From Spirochaetia bacterium (lineage in GTDB: Bacteria; Spirochaetota; Spirochaetia; WTKD01; G963693115), in assembly GCA_965226055.1 (NCBI GenBank), contig CBDDCA010000006.1, forward strand, positions 258,251 through 322,250: a DNA stretch of 64,000 nt, given 5' to 3'. Of this stretch, positions 9,931-19,760 are shown in pieces. Below the pieces are notes generated by a model that had not been told where the DNA came from, made no database searches, and saw only the letters and a program-made list of their open reading frames with translations. How positions within the stretch are numbered: the stretch's first letter is position 1; every line of letters begins with the position of its first letter. Both the position numbers and the translations under genes were made by a program.

Positions 9931-10536
9931 TTATATTCTACTGAATAAGATACTGAACAAAATACCAAATCCTGACAACATGATAGTCATTTGAATTCCA
10001 AAAAACCAGTACATAATAGTACTGTTTGTTTTTATCGATTCTTTCATAGATTTTATTTCTGTTGTCAAATTTTCCCGTACACTATTTATTTCTGTTGTCA
10101 AATTTTCCCGTACACTGCTTATCTCTGTTGTTAAGTTCTCCCGTATGCTGTTTATTTCTGTTGTTAAGTTCTCCCGTACACTGTTTATTTCTGTTGTTAA
10201 TTTCTTCTCTACACTGTTTATTTCTGTTGTCAAATTTTCCCGTACACTGCTTATCTCTGTTGTCAAATTCTCTCGTACGCTGTTTATTTCTGTTGTCAAA
10301 TTTTCCCGTACACTATTTATTTCTATTGTCAAATTTTCCCGTACACTGCTTATCTCTGCTGTTAAGTTCTCCCGTACACTGCTTATCTCTGCTGTTAAGT
10401 TCTCCCGTACGCTGTTTATTTCTGTTGTTAATTTCTTCTCTACACTGTTTATTTTTTCTAATAAAAAATCATATTGTGTAATTGGAGTTGCAAGCATTCC
10501 ATCTTCATTTGTAATTTTCTCTTGTACTGCTCTCAT
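9931..10536 (-). CDS. tail-anchored coiled-coil protein with 13 tandem 11-aa repeats (Bdr-like architecture)
   Basis: 201 aa. It reads LEKINSVEKKL followed by units of the form TTEINSVRENL, 13 units in total, then a C-terminal hydrophobic segment YWFFGIQMTIMLSGFGILFSILF. Confidence 0.8.
   Translation of the reverse strand: MRAVQEKITNEDGMLATPITQYDFLLEKINSVEKKLTTEINSVRENLTAEISSVRENLTAEISSVRENLTIEINSVRENLTTEINSVRENLTTEISSVRENLTTEINSVEKKLTTEINSVRENLTTEINSIRENLTTEISSVRENLTTEINSVRENLTTEIKSMKESIKTNSTIMYWFFGIQMTIMLSGFGILFSILFSRI
10033..10461 (-). repeat. 33-bp tandem coding repeat, about 13 units
   Basis: Read on the plus strand the unit is ttctgttgtcaaattttcccgtacactatttat, iterated with small variants. 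It encodes the 11-aa units. Confidence 0.95.
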
Positions 10537-10604
10537 AATTTTATTATATCATATTATTATCATTGAGTAAGTATGTAATCATTTGTAAGGTTGCAAATAA
10601 ACAA

Positions 10605-13600
10605 CTAGCGACAATTCCCCGCTGGAAGACACCATCCAGGCAAGTTTTTTACAGCTGTACCCTTAAACATATCTGTTTTTATCACACTGTTTGCTACATT
10701 CCAGTTACTCAAATTCTGATTAAAAACACTAGCATCAGCAAACATACTGCTCATATCGGTAACATTACTTACATTCCAATTCCCTATATCTTGATTAAAA
10801 ACATCAGCATCATAAAACATATACCTCATATTGGCAACATTACTTACATTCCAATTCCCTATATCCTGATTAAAAGCTTCAGCATCATAAAACATACTGT
10901 TCATATTGGTAACTTTACCTACATTCCATTTTGATATATCTCCATTGAAAAATTCTGTTTGATTAAACATATTGCTCATATCGGTAACTTTACTTACATT
11001 CCATAACGATACATCTCCATTAAAGTATTGTTTATCATAAAATAGCCCTCCCATGTCTGTTATGTTACTTGTATCTATCATGTTTAAGTTAGGGGCAAAT
11101 CCTTGTGCTTTTATCTCTGCTTCTATGGCTTCCTCTAACTTTTTTTTGTTTTGAGGAGTGTACTTGTATTCTATCGTAACTGATATTGTTTTTGATCTAC
11201 TGGCATCAGTATATGTATGTATTGCTTTCCCATCGCTCTTTTTACTGGTAAACTCTATAGTATAGGTCTTTGAAGCTGCTTTGGTAGGAGTACCTGATAT
11301 CTTCCCAGTATCAGCATCAAAGCTCAACCCTGTATCTGCTGTTATATCCGGACTTATACTAAAAATTCCTGCTATAGCGGGTGTTTTAGTAAGTGTTACT
11401 TCTTTATCTTTCGTTAATGGTACTCCTACATATGCCTTTACACTACCTCCTATACTAGCTCTACTTGCACTTATATTAAAATACCATGTAGGGAGTATTA
11501 CTACAGCTGTATGCTCAAACATATTTGTTTTACTCACAGTTTTATCCACATTCCATGTTTCAAGTTCTTTATTAAATACACTTGCTCCCTTAAACATATT
11601 GCTCATATCGGTAACTTTACTGACATTCCACCCTGTTATATCTTGATTAAACTTACTTGCATTAATAAACATACTACGCATATCGGTAACTTTACTGACA
11701 TTCCACCCTGTTATATCTTGATTAAACTCACTTGCCTTAAAAAACATACTGCTCATATTGGTAACGCTACTGACATTCCATCTTGATATATTTCCATTAA
11801 AATTAACTTCACTGGAAAATAGACTACTCATATCTTTTATTTTACTTGTATCTATCATAGTGAGATCGGGGGTATTTCCTTGTACAGTTATCTCTGTATT
11901 TATAGCCTGCTGTAATTCTGCTTTATTATTAGGAATATGCTTATACTCTTTAATAGTAACTAACACTTTTATAGTCCGCCTATCATCAATATATTTATGT
12001 ATGAGTGTTTTATCAGCCTCTTCACTTCTAAACTGTATGGTATACTCAGTCTGTGAAGTTACTGTGGTGGGAGTACCTGATATTATGCCAGTACTAGTAT
12101 CAAAGTTCAACCCTGTATTTGTTGTTATATTTGGACTTATACTAAAACTCCCTGTTATAACGGGCGTTTTGGTAAGTATTATTTTTTGACTGTCTAGGAG
12201 TGATAAATCTCTATAGACACTTATAGTAGTACTATTTGCACTTATACTAAAATACCATGTAGGCAACTTTTTTACTGCTGAAGCAAGAAACATATCTGTT
12301 TTTGTCACACCGCTATCTACATTCCAACTTTCAAGATCTTGGTTAAATGCATTTGCGTTATTAAACATAAAAAACATATTCGTAACACTACTGACATTCC
12401 AATTTGATATATCCCCATTAAATTTTTGTGCTCCTGCAAATATACTGCTCATATTGGTAACTTTACTTACATCCCATTTCGATACATTTCCATTAAAATG
12501 ATCTTTACTGGAAAATATATTACTCATATCTGTTATAGCACTCGTATCTATTATGTTTAGATTAGCGGTATTTCCTTGTGCATTTATCTCATCATCTACA
12601 GCCTTCTGTAATTCTGTTTTATCACTGGGCGTATACTTATACTGACTTATAGTTACATGTATCTCTATTGTCCGATCAGTATATGTATGTATTGTTTTCC
12701 CATTCTTTTCACTGGTAAACTGTATAGTATACTTAGTTTGTGAAGCTAATATAGTGGGAGTACCCGATATTGAGCCAGTGTTAGTATCAAAGTTCAACCC
12801 TGTATTTGTTGTTATATTTGGACTTATACTAAAACTCCCTGTTACATTAGACGTTTTAGTGAGTGTTATTGTTTCAGTGTTACTTAGCGATAAATCTTTG
12901 TATCCAGTTATAGTAGTTCTGTTTGCATTTATACTAAAATACCATGTAGGCAACTTCTTTACTACTGTACTTTCAAACATATTTGTTTTTATTACACTGC
13001 TTTTTACATTCCAGTTTTCCAGATTTGCACTAAACTTTGATGCAAAATTGAACATAGTTTCCATATTTGTAACTTTACTTACAGTCCAATTTTTTATATC
13101 TTGGTTAAAGCTTTGTGCAGATAGAAACATAGCTCTCATATTTATAACTTTACTTACAGTCCAATTTTTTATATCTTGGTTAAAGGCATGTGCTCCAGCA
13201 AATAAACTCTCCATATTTGTAACAGCACTTACATTCCATCCTGATATATCTCCATTAAATTTATTCGCATTCAAAAACATATTGCTCATATTTGTAACTT
13301 TACTTACATTCCATTTTGATATATCTCCATTGAAATTAGCTTTATCCTCAAATAGATTACTCATATCTGTTATAACACTTGTGTCTATTATGTTGAGATT
13401 AGCAGTATCTCCTTGTGCAGCTATCTCATCATCTACAGCTTTCTGTAACTCTGTTTTATTACTAGGAGTATGCTTATAACTTGTGGTAACTGATATTTTT
13501 ATTGTTCTATCAGTATATTTATGTGTCGCTGGATTACCTTTACTATCAGTAAAGCTACTGGTAAACTCTATAGTATAATCAGTCTTTGAAGCTGCTTTAG

Positions 13601-16600
13601 TAGGAGTTCCTGATATTGTGCCAGTGCTAGTATTAAAATCTAACCCTGTATTTACTGTTATATCTGGACTTATACTAAAACTTCCTGTTATATCAGGCGT
13701 TTTGGTAAAAGTTATTTCTTTATTTTTTGCAAGTGGAACATTTACATATGTATTTATACTACGATTACTTGCACTTATATTAAAATACCATGTAGGCAAC
13801 TTTGCTACTGCGGTATTCTTAAACATATCTGTTTTTGTCACACCACTTGCTACATTCCAGCTTTCAAGATCTTTTTCAAATGCATTTGCTCCACTGAGCA
13901 TACTACTCATATTGGTGACAGCATTTACATCCCATTCGGATATATCTCCATTGAAAGTAATATTATCCTTAAATAGATCACTCATATCTGTTATTTTACT
14001 TGTATCTATTATGTTGAGATTAGCTTCGTTTCCTTGTACATTTATCTCTGTAGTTATAGCTTGCTTTAATTCTGTTTTATTATTAGGAGTATGCTTATAC
14101 CTACGTATCTCTACCGATATTTTTATTGTCCTATCAGTATCAATATATTTATGTATTACTGTTCCATCTGTCTTTTTACTTGTAAACTGTATGGTATATT
14201 CAGTCTTTGAGATTGCTGTAAGAGGAGTACCCGATATTTTACCAGTGCTAGGATCAAAATCTAAACCTGTATTTTTTGCTATATCTGGACTAACGCTAAA
14301 ACTTCCTGTTATATTAGGTGTTTTGGTAAGGGTTATTTCTTTATCTGTTGCTAATGGTATGTTTTTATATGCAATTATCTTATTATCACTTGCACTTATG
14401 CTAAAATACCATGTAGGCAACTTTGCTACTGCGGTATTCTTAAATATATCTGTTTTTGTCACAGTCCCATCGCTTGCTACATTCCAATCTTCCAGATCTT
14501 GGTTAAATTTTGTCGCTCCCAAGAACATCTTGCCTATATCGGTAACGCTACTTATATTCCAGCTTGATATATCTTGATTAAACGCTGCCGCTGACGAAAA
14601 CATCTGATGCATATTCGTAACTTTTCCTACCTTCCAATTTGATATATCTTTATTAAAAATGGTTGCTCCCGAAAACATAGCTGTCATATTTGTAACTTTT
14701 CTTACATCCCAGCCCGACATATTGCTATTAAAATTTGCTGCTCCTAAAAACATTCGATTCATATCCGTAACTGCCCCTACATTCCACCCCGATATATCTT
14801 TATTGAAACTGGTTGCTCCCGAAAACATATTCCCCATATCATTCACATTTTGTACCTTCCAATTTGATATATCTTGATTAAAACTTGTCGCATTCCAAAA
14901 CATACCATTCATGTTAGTAACACTTTGTACCTTCCAGTTTGATATATCTTGATTAAAACTACCTGCATAATAAAACATACTGCTCATATCAATAACATTA
15001 CTTACATTCCAACCAGAAATATCCCCATTAAATGCAGCAGCTTGATTAAACATATGACTCATATCAGTAACATTACTTACATCCCACTCAGATATTTTAC
15101 CATTAAAAGTAGTATTACTATTAAATAATCCACTCATATCATCAATCTTACTAGTATCAATTATATTTAAGTCAGCAGTATTTCCTTGTAATCCTATCTC
15201 AGTATTTATATTGTTTATTAATTCTAATTTACCAGTAGGAGTATACTTATGCCCTATAGTAACTGTTATCGTTATTGTCCTATCAGTATAGGCATATATT
15301 GTTTTCCCATTCTTTTCACTGGTAAACTGTATGGTGTAAGGAGTTTTTGAAGCTACCTTTGTAGGAGTACCCGATATTGTCCCAGAGCTAGAATCAAAAC
15401 TCAAGCCTGTATTTGTTGTGATACTTGGACTTATACTAAAACTTCCTGCTATACTAGGTGTTTTGGTAACTTTTATTTCTTCACTTGCTCCTAATTTTAT
15501 ACGTGCTTGCCCTGTCAGAGCAGACTTATTTGCACTTATACTAAAATACCATGTAGGTAACTTTGCTACTGCGGTATTCTTAAACATATCTGTTTTTGTC
15601 ACAGTCCCATCGCTTGCCACCTTCCAGCTTTCAAGATCTTTGTCAAATGCACTTGCTCCTAAAAACATGCTACTCATATCAGCAACCTTGCTTACATTCC
15701 ATCCCGATACATTTTGATTGAAACTTGTTGCTCCTGAAAACATATTACTCATATCGGTAACGCTACTTACATCCCATCCCGATATATCTCCATTGAAATT
15801 AGCTTTATTCTCAAATATATTACTCATATCTGTTATATTACTTGTATTTATTATGTTTAAGTTAGCAGTATTTCCTTGTACTTCTATCTCCTTTTTTATG
15901 TTTTCCAATAACTCTGTTTTGTTGTTAGGAGTATAAAGATAAGTATTTATTGCTACTGATAGAGTGATGGATCTAGTATCGACATAAGTATATGTCGCTG
16001 GATTACCTGAGCTATCAGTAAAGCTACTGGTAAACTGTATGGTGTAAGAAGTTTGTGAAGCTGCCTCGGTAGGAGTACCCGATATTGTGCCAGTTCTAGT
16101 ATCAAAATCTAACCCTGTATTTGCTTTGATATCTGGACTTATACTGAAACTTCCTGCTATAAGGGGTGTCCTTGTCAGTATTATATCTGTTATTGGTACT
16201 TTTACTCCCTCATGTATACTATTGCTGCTTGCGCTTATACTAAAATACCATGTAGGTAATTTTGCTACTGCAGTATTCGTAAACATATTTGTTTTTGTCT
16301 TAAGGCTTGCTATATTCCAGTTTTCAATATCTCCATTAAATTTTATCGCCCCACTCAACATATTTTCCATATCAGTGACTTTACTTACATTCCACTCGGA
16401 TATATTTCCATTGAAAGTAGTGTTATCCTTAAATAGATCACTCATATCTGTTATGTTACTTGTATCTATTATGTTGAGATTAGCAGTATTTCCTTGTGCA
16501 TTTATCTCTGTAGTTATAGCTTGCTTTAATTCTGCTATATTATTGGGAGTATGCTTATATTTATGTATCTCTACTGATATTGTTATTGTTCTATCAGTAT

Positions 16601-19073
16601 AGGTATGTGTTGCTAAAGCACCTGTACTACCAGTAAAGCTACTGGTAAACTGTATGGTGTAAGAAGTTTGTGAAACTGCTTTGGTAGGAGTGCCTGATAT
16701 TGTCCCAGTGCTAGTATTAAAACTCAACCCTGTATTTGCTGTTATATCTGGACTAATACTAAAATTTCCTGCTATATCAGGCGTTTTGCTAAGGGTTATT
16801 TCTTCATTTTTTGCTAGCGGTATTCCTCTATATACATCTATACTAGCACTATTTGACTTTATGCTAAAATACCATGTAGGTAATTTTGCTACTGCGGTAT
16901 TCTTAAATATATCTGTTTTTGTCACAGCGATTGCTACATTCCAGCCTTCAAGATCTTGTGTAAACTTAGAAGCACCAGAAAACATGCTACTCATATTGGT
17001 AACCTTGCTTACATTCCATCCCGACACATTTTGATTGAAACTTGTTGCTCCTAAAAACATACTGCTCATATCGGCAACTTTACTTACATTCCATCCCGAT
17101 ACATTTTGATTGAAACTTGTTGCTCCTAAAAACATACTGCTCATATCGGTAACTTTACTTACATTCCATTTCGATATGTCTCCATTAAAACTTGTTGCTC
17201 CTGAAAACATACTGCTCATATCGGTAACTTTACTTACATTCCATTTCGATATATCTCCATTGAAAGTAGTGTTATCCTTAAATAGCCTACTCATATCTGT
17301 TATAAGACTCGTATTTATTATGTTTAGATTAGCAGTATTTCCTTGCAATCCTACCTCTGTTTTTATAGCTTCCAATAATTCTGCTTTATTTTTTGGCTTA
17401 TACTCTATAGTGAGCAATATTTCTATTGTCCTATCAGTATCAGTATAGGTATGTATTTCTGTCCTATCAGAGGAGGTACTTGTAAATGTTATAATATACT
17501 CAGTCTCTGAGGCTACCTTTGTAGGAGTACCTGATATTGTGCCAGTACTAGTATCAAAACTCAACCCTATACTCGTTATATCTGGCTTTATACCAAATTT
17601 TCCTGTTATATCAGGCGTTTTGCTAAGAGTTATTTTTTCATTATCTGCTAGTGATACCCCTTTATATACAGTGAGCTCATCAACATTAGCACTTATGCTA
17701 AAATACCATGTAGGCAATTTTGCTACTGCGGTATTTGTAAACATATCTTTTTTTGTCACAGTGCTTGCTACATTCCAGCCTTCAAGATCTTTATCAAATG
17801 CACTTGCTCCTGAAAACATACCATCCATATCTGTAATATTACTTACCTTCCACTTTGATATGTCTCCATTGAAACTTGTTGCTCCTGCAAACATATTACT
17901 CATATCGGTAACATTGCTTACATCCCACAATGATATATCTCTATTAAAGGTAGTGTCATCCTTAAATAGATCATGCATATCTTTTACAGCACTTGTATTT
18001 ATATAGTTAAAATTATCTACATCAGTATTTTTAATTGCTTCTATTAATTCGTTACGTGTTTTTACTATAGCAGTAAACACCGATACATATATAGAGAACT
18101 GGCTAGACTTTCCTAAGTAACTTCCATCCCCTGTAAAACGAATTGTATATTTTCTTCGTATACCATTTTCTTTATCCTTCAATAACCTTATTGCAGTGCC
18201 ATATATTTCTCCATTATTGTCCTTCATCTCCAATCCTGTATCTTCCGTAAGAGTTGTCGTTTTTCCATCAGTACTATTAAATTCAATACTCCATGTACCA
18301 GTAATTCCTGGAGGGCTTGTTGCAATATTGATTGGCATTAAAGGAACATTCAAGCTCGACTTGATTAACTGTTCATTATCATACCTATCTGTGATAGAGT
18401 TTCCATCACGCACAAGAGTAAATACATAATGCCAACTAGGAATACTTGTTGCAGGTACATTAGCTCCCTTAAATATATCTTGTATATTTACTGAATCTGC
18501 TACCTGCCATTTCTCTAAATCATACTGAAACACTGTTGCTTTATTAAACATGTTACTCATATCGGTAACCTTGCTCACATTCCAGCCTGATATATCTTGA
18601 TTAAAACTTGCTGCGGCTTCAAACATGTTACTCATATCGGTAACCTTGCTCACATTCCAGCCTGATATATTTTGATTAAAACTCGTTGCTCCCTTAAACA
18701 GATTACTCATATTAGTAACATTACTTACATTCCAGCCTGATATATTTCCATTAAAGGTAGTATTTCCTTCAAACATACTGCTCATATCAGTAATATTGCT
18801 TACATCCCAACTTGATATATCACCTGAAAAATTGGAAAATTCACCATCACCTTTGAATAAGCCGCTTATATCTTTTACTTTACTTGTATCTATAGTAGAG
18901 AGATCTGCTGCATTTCCGCGGGAGGCAATTTCTCGCTTAATGTTTTCAATAAGCGATTCTCTACTATCAGGAGAGTAAATAAAGTCTAAACTTAAAGATT
19001 TTTCTGGATCACAACCAGATACCAAAAAAGCGAAACATAAAAATAGCCAAAATATAAAAAATTGATACTTCAT
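10605..19073 (-). CDS. giant modular surface lipoprotein: 11 modules of DUF285/BspA LRR blocks, most followed by a putative-Ig (He_PIG-like) domain
   Basis: 2822-aa uninterrupted ORF. The lipobox is FLVSGCDP. There are eleven module starts of the type GNTANLNIIDTS.ITDMS.LF. Each is followed by 3-11 copies of the 23-aa unit F(N)xDIS.WNVS.VT.M..MF..A..F, then AVAKLPTWYFSISA and GLSFDTSTGTISGTPT. The last module ends with LPGWCLPAGNCR. Confidence 0.9.
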   Translation of the reverse strand: MKYQFFIFWLFLCFAFLVSGCDPEKSLSLDFIYSPDSRESLIENIKREIASRGNAADLSTIDTSKVKDISGLFKGDGEFSNFSGDISSWDVSNITDMSSMFEGNTTFNGNISGWNVSNVTNMSNLFKGATSFNQNISGWNVSKVTDMSNMFEAAASFNQDISGWNVSKVTDMSNMFNKATVFQYDLEKWQVADSVNIQDIFKGANVPATSIPSWHYVFTLVRDGNSITDRYDNEQLIKSSLNVPLMPINIATSPPGITGTWSIEFNSTDGKTTTLTEDTGLEMKDNNGEIYGTAIRLLKDKENGIRRKYTIRFTGDGSYLGKSSQFSIYVSVFTAIVKTRNELIEAIKNTDVDNFNYINTSAVKDMHDLFKDDTTFNRDISLWDVSNVTDMSNMFAGATSFNGDISKWKVSNITDMDGMFSGASAFDKDLEGWNVASTVTKKDMFTNTAVAKLPTWYFSISANVDELTVYKGVSLADNEKITLSKTPDITGKFGIKPDITSIGLSFDTSTGTISGTPTKVASETEYIITFTSTSSDRTEIHTYTDTDRTIEILLTIEYKPKNKAELLEAIKTEVGLQGNTANLNIINTSLITDMSRLFKDNTTFNGDISKWNVSKVTDMSSMFSGATSFNGDISKWNVSKVTDMSSMFLGATSFNQNVSGWNVSKVADMSSMFLGATSFNQNVSGWNVSKVTNMSSMFSGASKFTQDLEGWNVAIAVTKTDIFKNTAVAKLPTWYFSIKSNSASIDVYRGIPLAKNEEITLSKTPDIAGNFSISPDITANTGLSFNTSTGTISGTPTKAVSQTSYTIQFTSSFTGSTGALATHTYTDRTITISVEIHKYKHTPNNIAELKQAITTEINAQGNTANLNIIDTSNITDMSDLFKDNTTFNGNISEWNVSKVTDMENMLSGAIKFNGDIENWNIASLKTKTNMFTNTAVAKLPTWYFSISASSNSIHEGVKVPITDIILTRTPLIAGSFSISPDIKANTGLDFDTRTGTISGTPTEAASQTSYTIQFTSSFTDSSGNPATYTYVDTRSITLSVAINTYLYTPNNKTELLENIKKEIEVQGNTANLNIINTSNITDMSNIFENKANFNGDISGWDVSSVTDMSNMFSGATSFNQNVSGWNVSKVADMSSMFLGASAFDKDLESWKVASDGTVTKTDMFKNTAVAKLPTWYFSISANKSALTGQARIKLGASEEIKVTKTPSIAGSFSISPSITTNTGLSFDSSSGTISGTPTKVASKTPYTIQFTSEKNGKTIYAYTDRTITITVTIGHKYTPTGKLELINNINTEIGLQGNTADLNIIDTSKIDDMSGLFNSNTTFNGKISEWDVSNVTDMSHMFNQAAAFNGDISGWNVSNVIDMSSMFYYAGSFNQDISNWKVQSVTNMNGMFWNATSFNQDISNWKVQNVNDMGNMFSGATSFNKDISGWNVGAVTDMNRMFLGAANFNSNMSGWDVRKVTNMTAMFSGATIFNKDISNWKVGKVTNMHQMFSSAAAFNQDISSWNISSVTDIGKMFLGATKFNQDLEDWNVASDGTVTKTDIFKNTAVAKLPTWYFSISASDNKIIAYKNIPLATDKEITLTKTPNITGSFSVSPDIAKNTGLDFDPSTGKISGTPLTAISKTEYTIQFTSKKTDGTVIHKYIDTDRTIKISVEIRRYKHTPNNKTELKQAITTEINVQGNEANLNIIDTSKITDMSDLFKDNITFNGDISEWDVNAVTNMSSMLSGANAFEKDLESWNVASGVTKTDMFKNTAVAKLPTWYFNISASNRSINTYVNVPLAKNKEITFTKTPDITGSFSISPDITVNTGLDFNTSTGTISGTPTKAASKTDYTIEFTSSFTDSKGNPATHKYTDRTIKISVTTSYKHTPSNKTELQKAVDDEIAAQGDTANLNIIDTSVITDMSNLFEDKANFNGDISKWNVSKVTNMSNMFLNANKFNGDISGWNVSAVTNMESLFAGAHAFNQDIKNWTVSKVINMRAMFLSAQSFNQDIKNWTVSKVTNMETMFNFASKFSANLENWNVKSSVIKTNMFESTVVKKLPTWYFSINANRTTITGYKDLSLSNTETITLTKTSNVTGSFSISPNITTNTGLNFDTNTGSISGTPTILASQTKYTIQFTSEKNGKTIHTYTDRTIEIHVTISQYKYTPSDKTELQKAVDDEINAQGNTANLNIIDTSAITDMSNIFSSKDHFNGNVSKWDVSKVTNMSSIFAGAQKFNGDISNWNVSSVTNMFFMFNNANAFNQDLESWNVDSGVTKTDMFLASAVKKLPTWYFSISANSTTISVYRDLSLLDSQKIILTKTPVITGSFSISPNITTNTGLNFDTSTGIISGTPTTVTSQTEYTIQFRSEEADKTLIHKYIDDRRTIKVLVTIKEYKHIPNNKAELQQAINTEITVQGNTPDLTMIDTSKIKDMSSLFSSEVNFNGNISRWNVSSVTNMSSMFFKASEFNQDITGWNVSKVTDMRSMFINASKFNQDITGWNVSKVTDMSNMFKGASVFNKELETWNVDKTVSKTNMFEHTAVVILPTWYFNISASRASIGGSVKAYVGVPLTKDKEVTLTKTPAIAGIFSISPDITADTGLSFDADTGKISGTPTKAASKTYTIEFTSKKSDGKAIHTYTDASRSKTISVTIEYKYTPQNKKKLEEAIEAEIKAQGFAPNLNMIDTSNITDMGGLFYDKQYFNGDVSLWNVSKVTDMSNMFNQTEFFNGDISKWNVGKVTNMNSMFYDAEAFNQDIGNWNVSNVANMRYMFYDADVFNQDIGNWNVSNVTDMSSMFADASVFNQNLSNWNVANSVIKTDMFKGTAVKNLPGWCLPAGNCR

Positions 19074-19219
19074 ATAAATATATTCAATAATACGTACAAA
19101 AAAATAAATTTACTTAATATAAATTTAGTACATTTATACGATTTTTCAACCTCTTATGTACATAATATATATTACTATATTTTATTGTCAATAATATCAT
19201 TTTCCAATACTCCCAATAT

Positions 19220-19675
19220 TTATTTCTTACGTTTTGCTCGCGTACTCTTGGGTGTATTCTTCTGTTGTGTATCATTCTCATCATTCACCATGATAGTATT
19301 AAAATTGATAGGAGGCAGTAGTATTGGGGAAATGCCAGATTTTGCTGTTAATGAAGAAATATATTCTCTTACATAAGGAAAAAGAACAGCAGGAGCATCT
19401 TTTTTTGAAAATTCTTTCAATAATGCTATATTTGGTTCTTCTGCATCTTCTTGAAACTGTCCTGCACAAATAATTTCAATATGTAACGAGTTTTCTTCAT
19501 TTTGAATTGTAACCTTTAGTTCTACATATAGCATATTATTATCTTCATCTATTGAAGATTTTGCTTCCATCTGCGGATCAATTTCAGATGATTGTATAGT
19601 AGCAGCTCTCTGGAATACTACATGAGGAAATATAATAGAATGTATTCTAATACCAAGTGATTTATTTTTTTGCAT
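19220..19675 (-). CDS. secB: protein-export chaperone SecB-like
   Basis: 151 aa. DAPAVLFPYVREYISSLTAKSGISPILLPPINF matches the conserved SecB C-terminal core (E. coli [32 protein letters not shown], from memory). It has a basic C-terminal tail. Confidence 0.7.
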   Translation of the reverse strand: MQKNKSLGIRIHSIIFPHVVFQRAATIQSSEIDPQMEAKSSIDEDNNMLYVELKVTIQNEENSLHIEIICAGQFQEDAEEPNIALLKEFSKKDAPAVLFPYVREYISSLTAKSGISPILLPPINFNTIMVNDENDTQQKNTPKSTRAKRKK

Positions 19676-19760
19676 AAAACTACCTACTCTCTACTTTACT
19701 ATAAAATGCAATTTATTATTGCATCATAATATACTATTATATATTATCGCAACTGCAGCA

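Noticed and set aside
10062-18978. A series of plus-strand ORFs (60-319 aa), rich in L/S/F/V/I, lies opposite the giant minus-strand gene.
   Set aside because: They lie entirely antisense to a continuous 2822-aa ORF with strong family motifs. Their periodic sequences simply mirror the sense-strand repeats. They have low-complexity hydrophobic composition and no independent start or RBS evidence.
19676-19760. A short inverted repeat atgcaat-ttatt-attgcat lies between the outer-membrane protein gene and secB.
   Set aside because: The stem is only 7 bp and all-AT-rich, with no U-run. This is too weak to call a terminator or operator.
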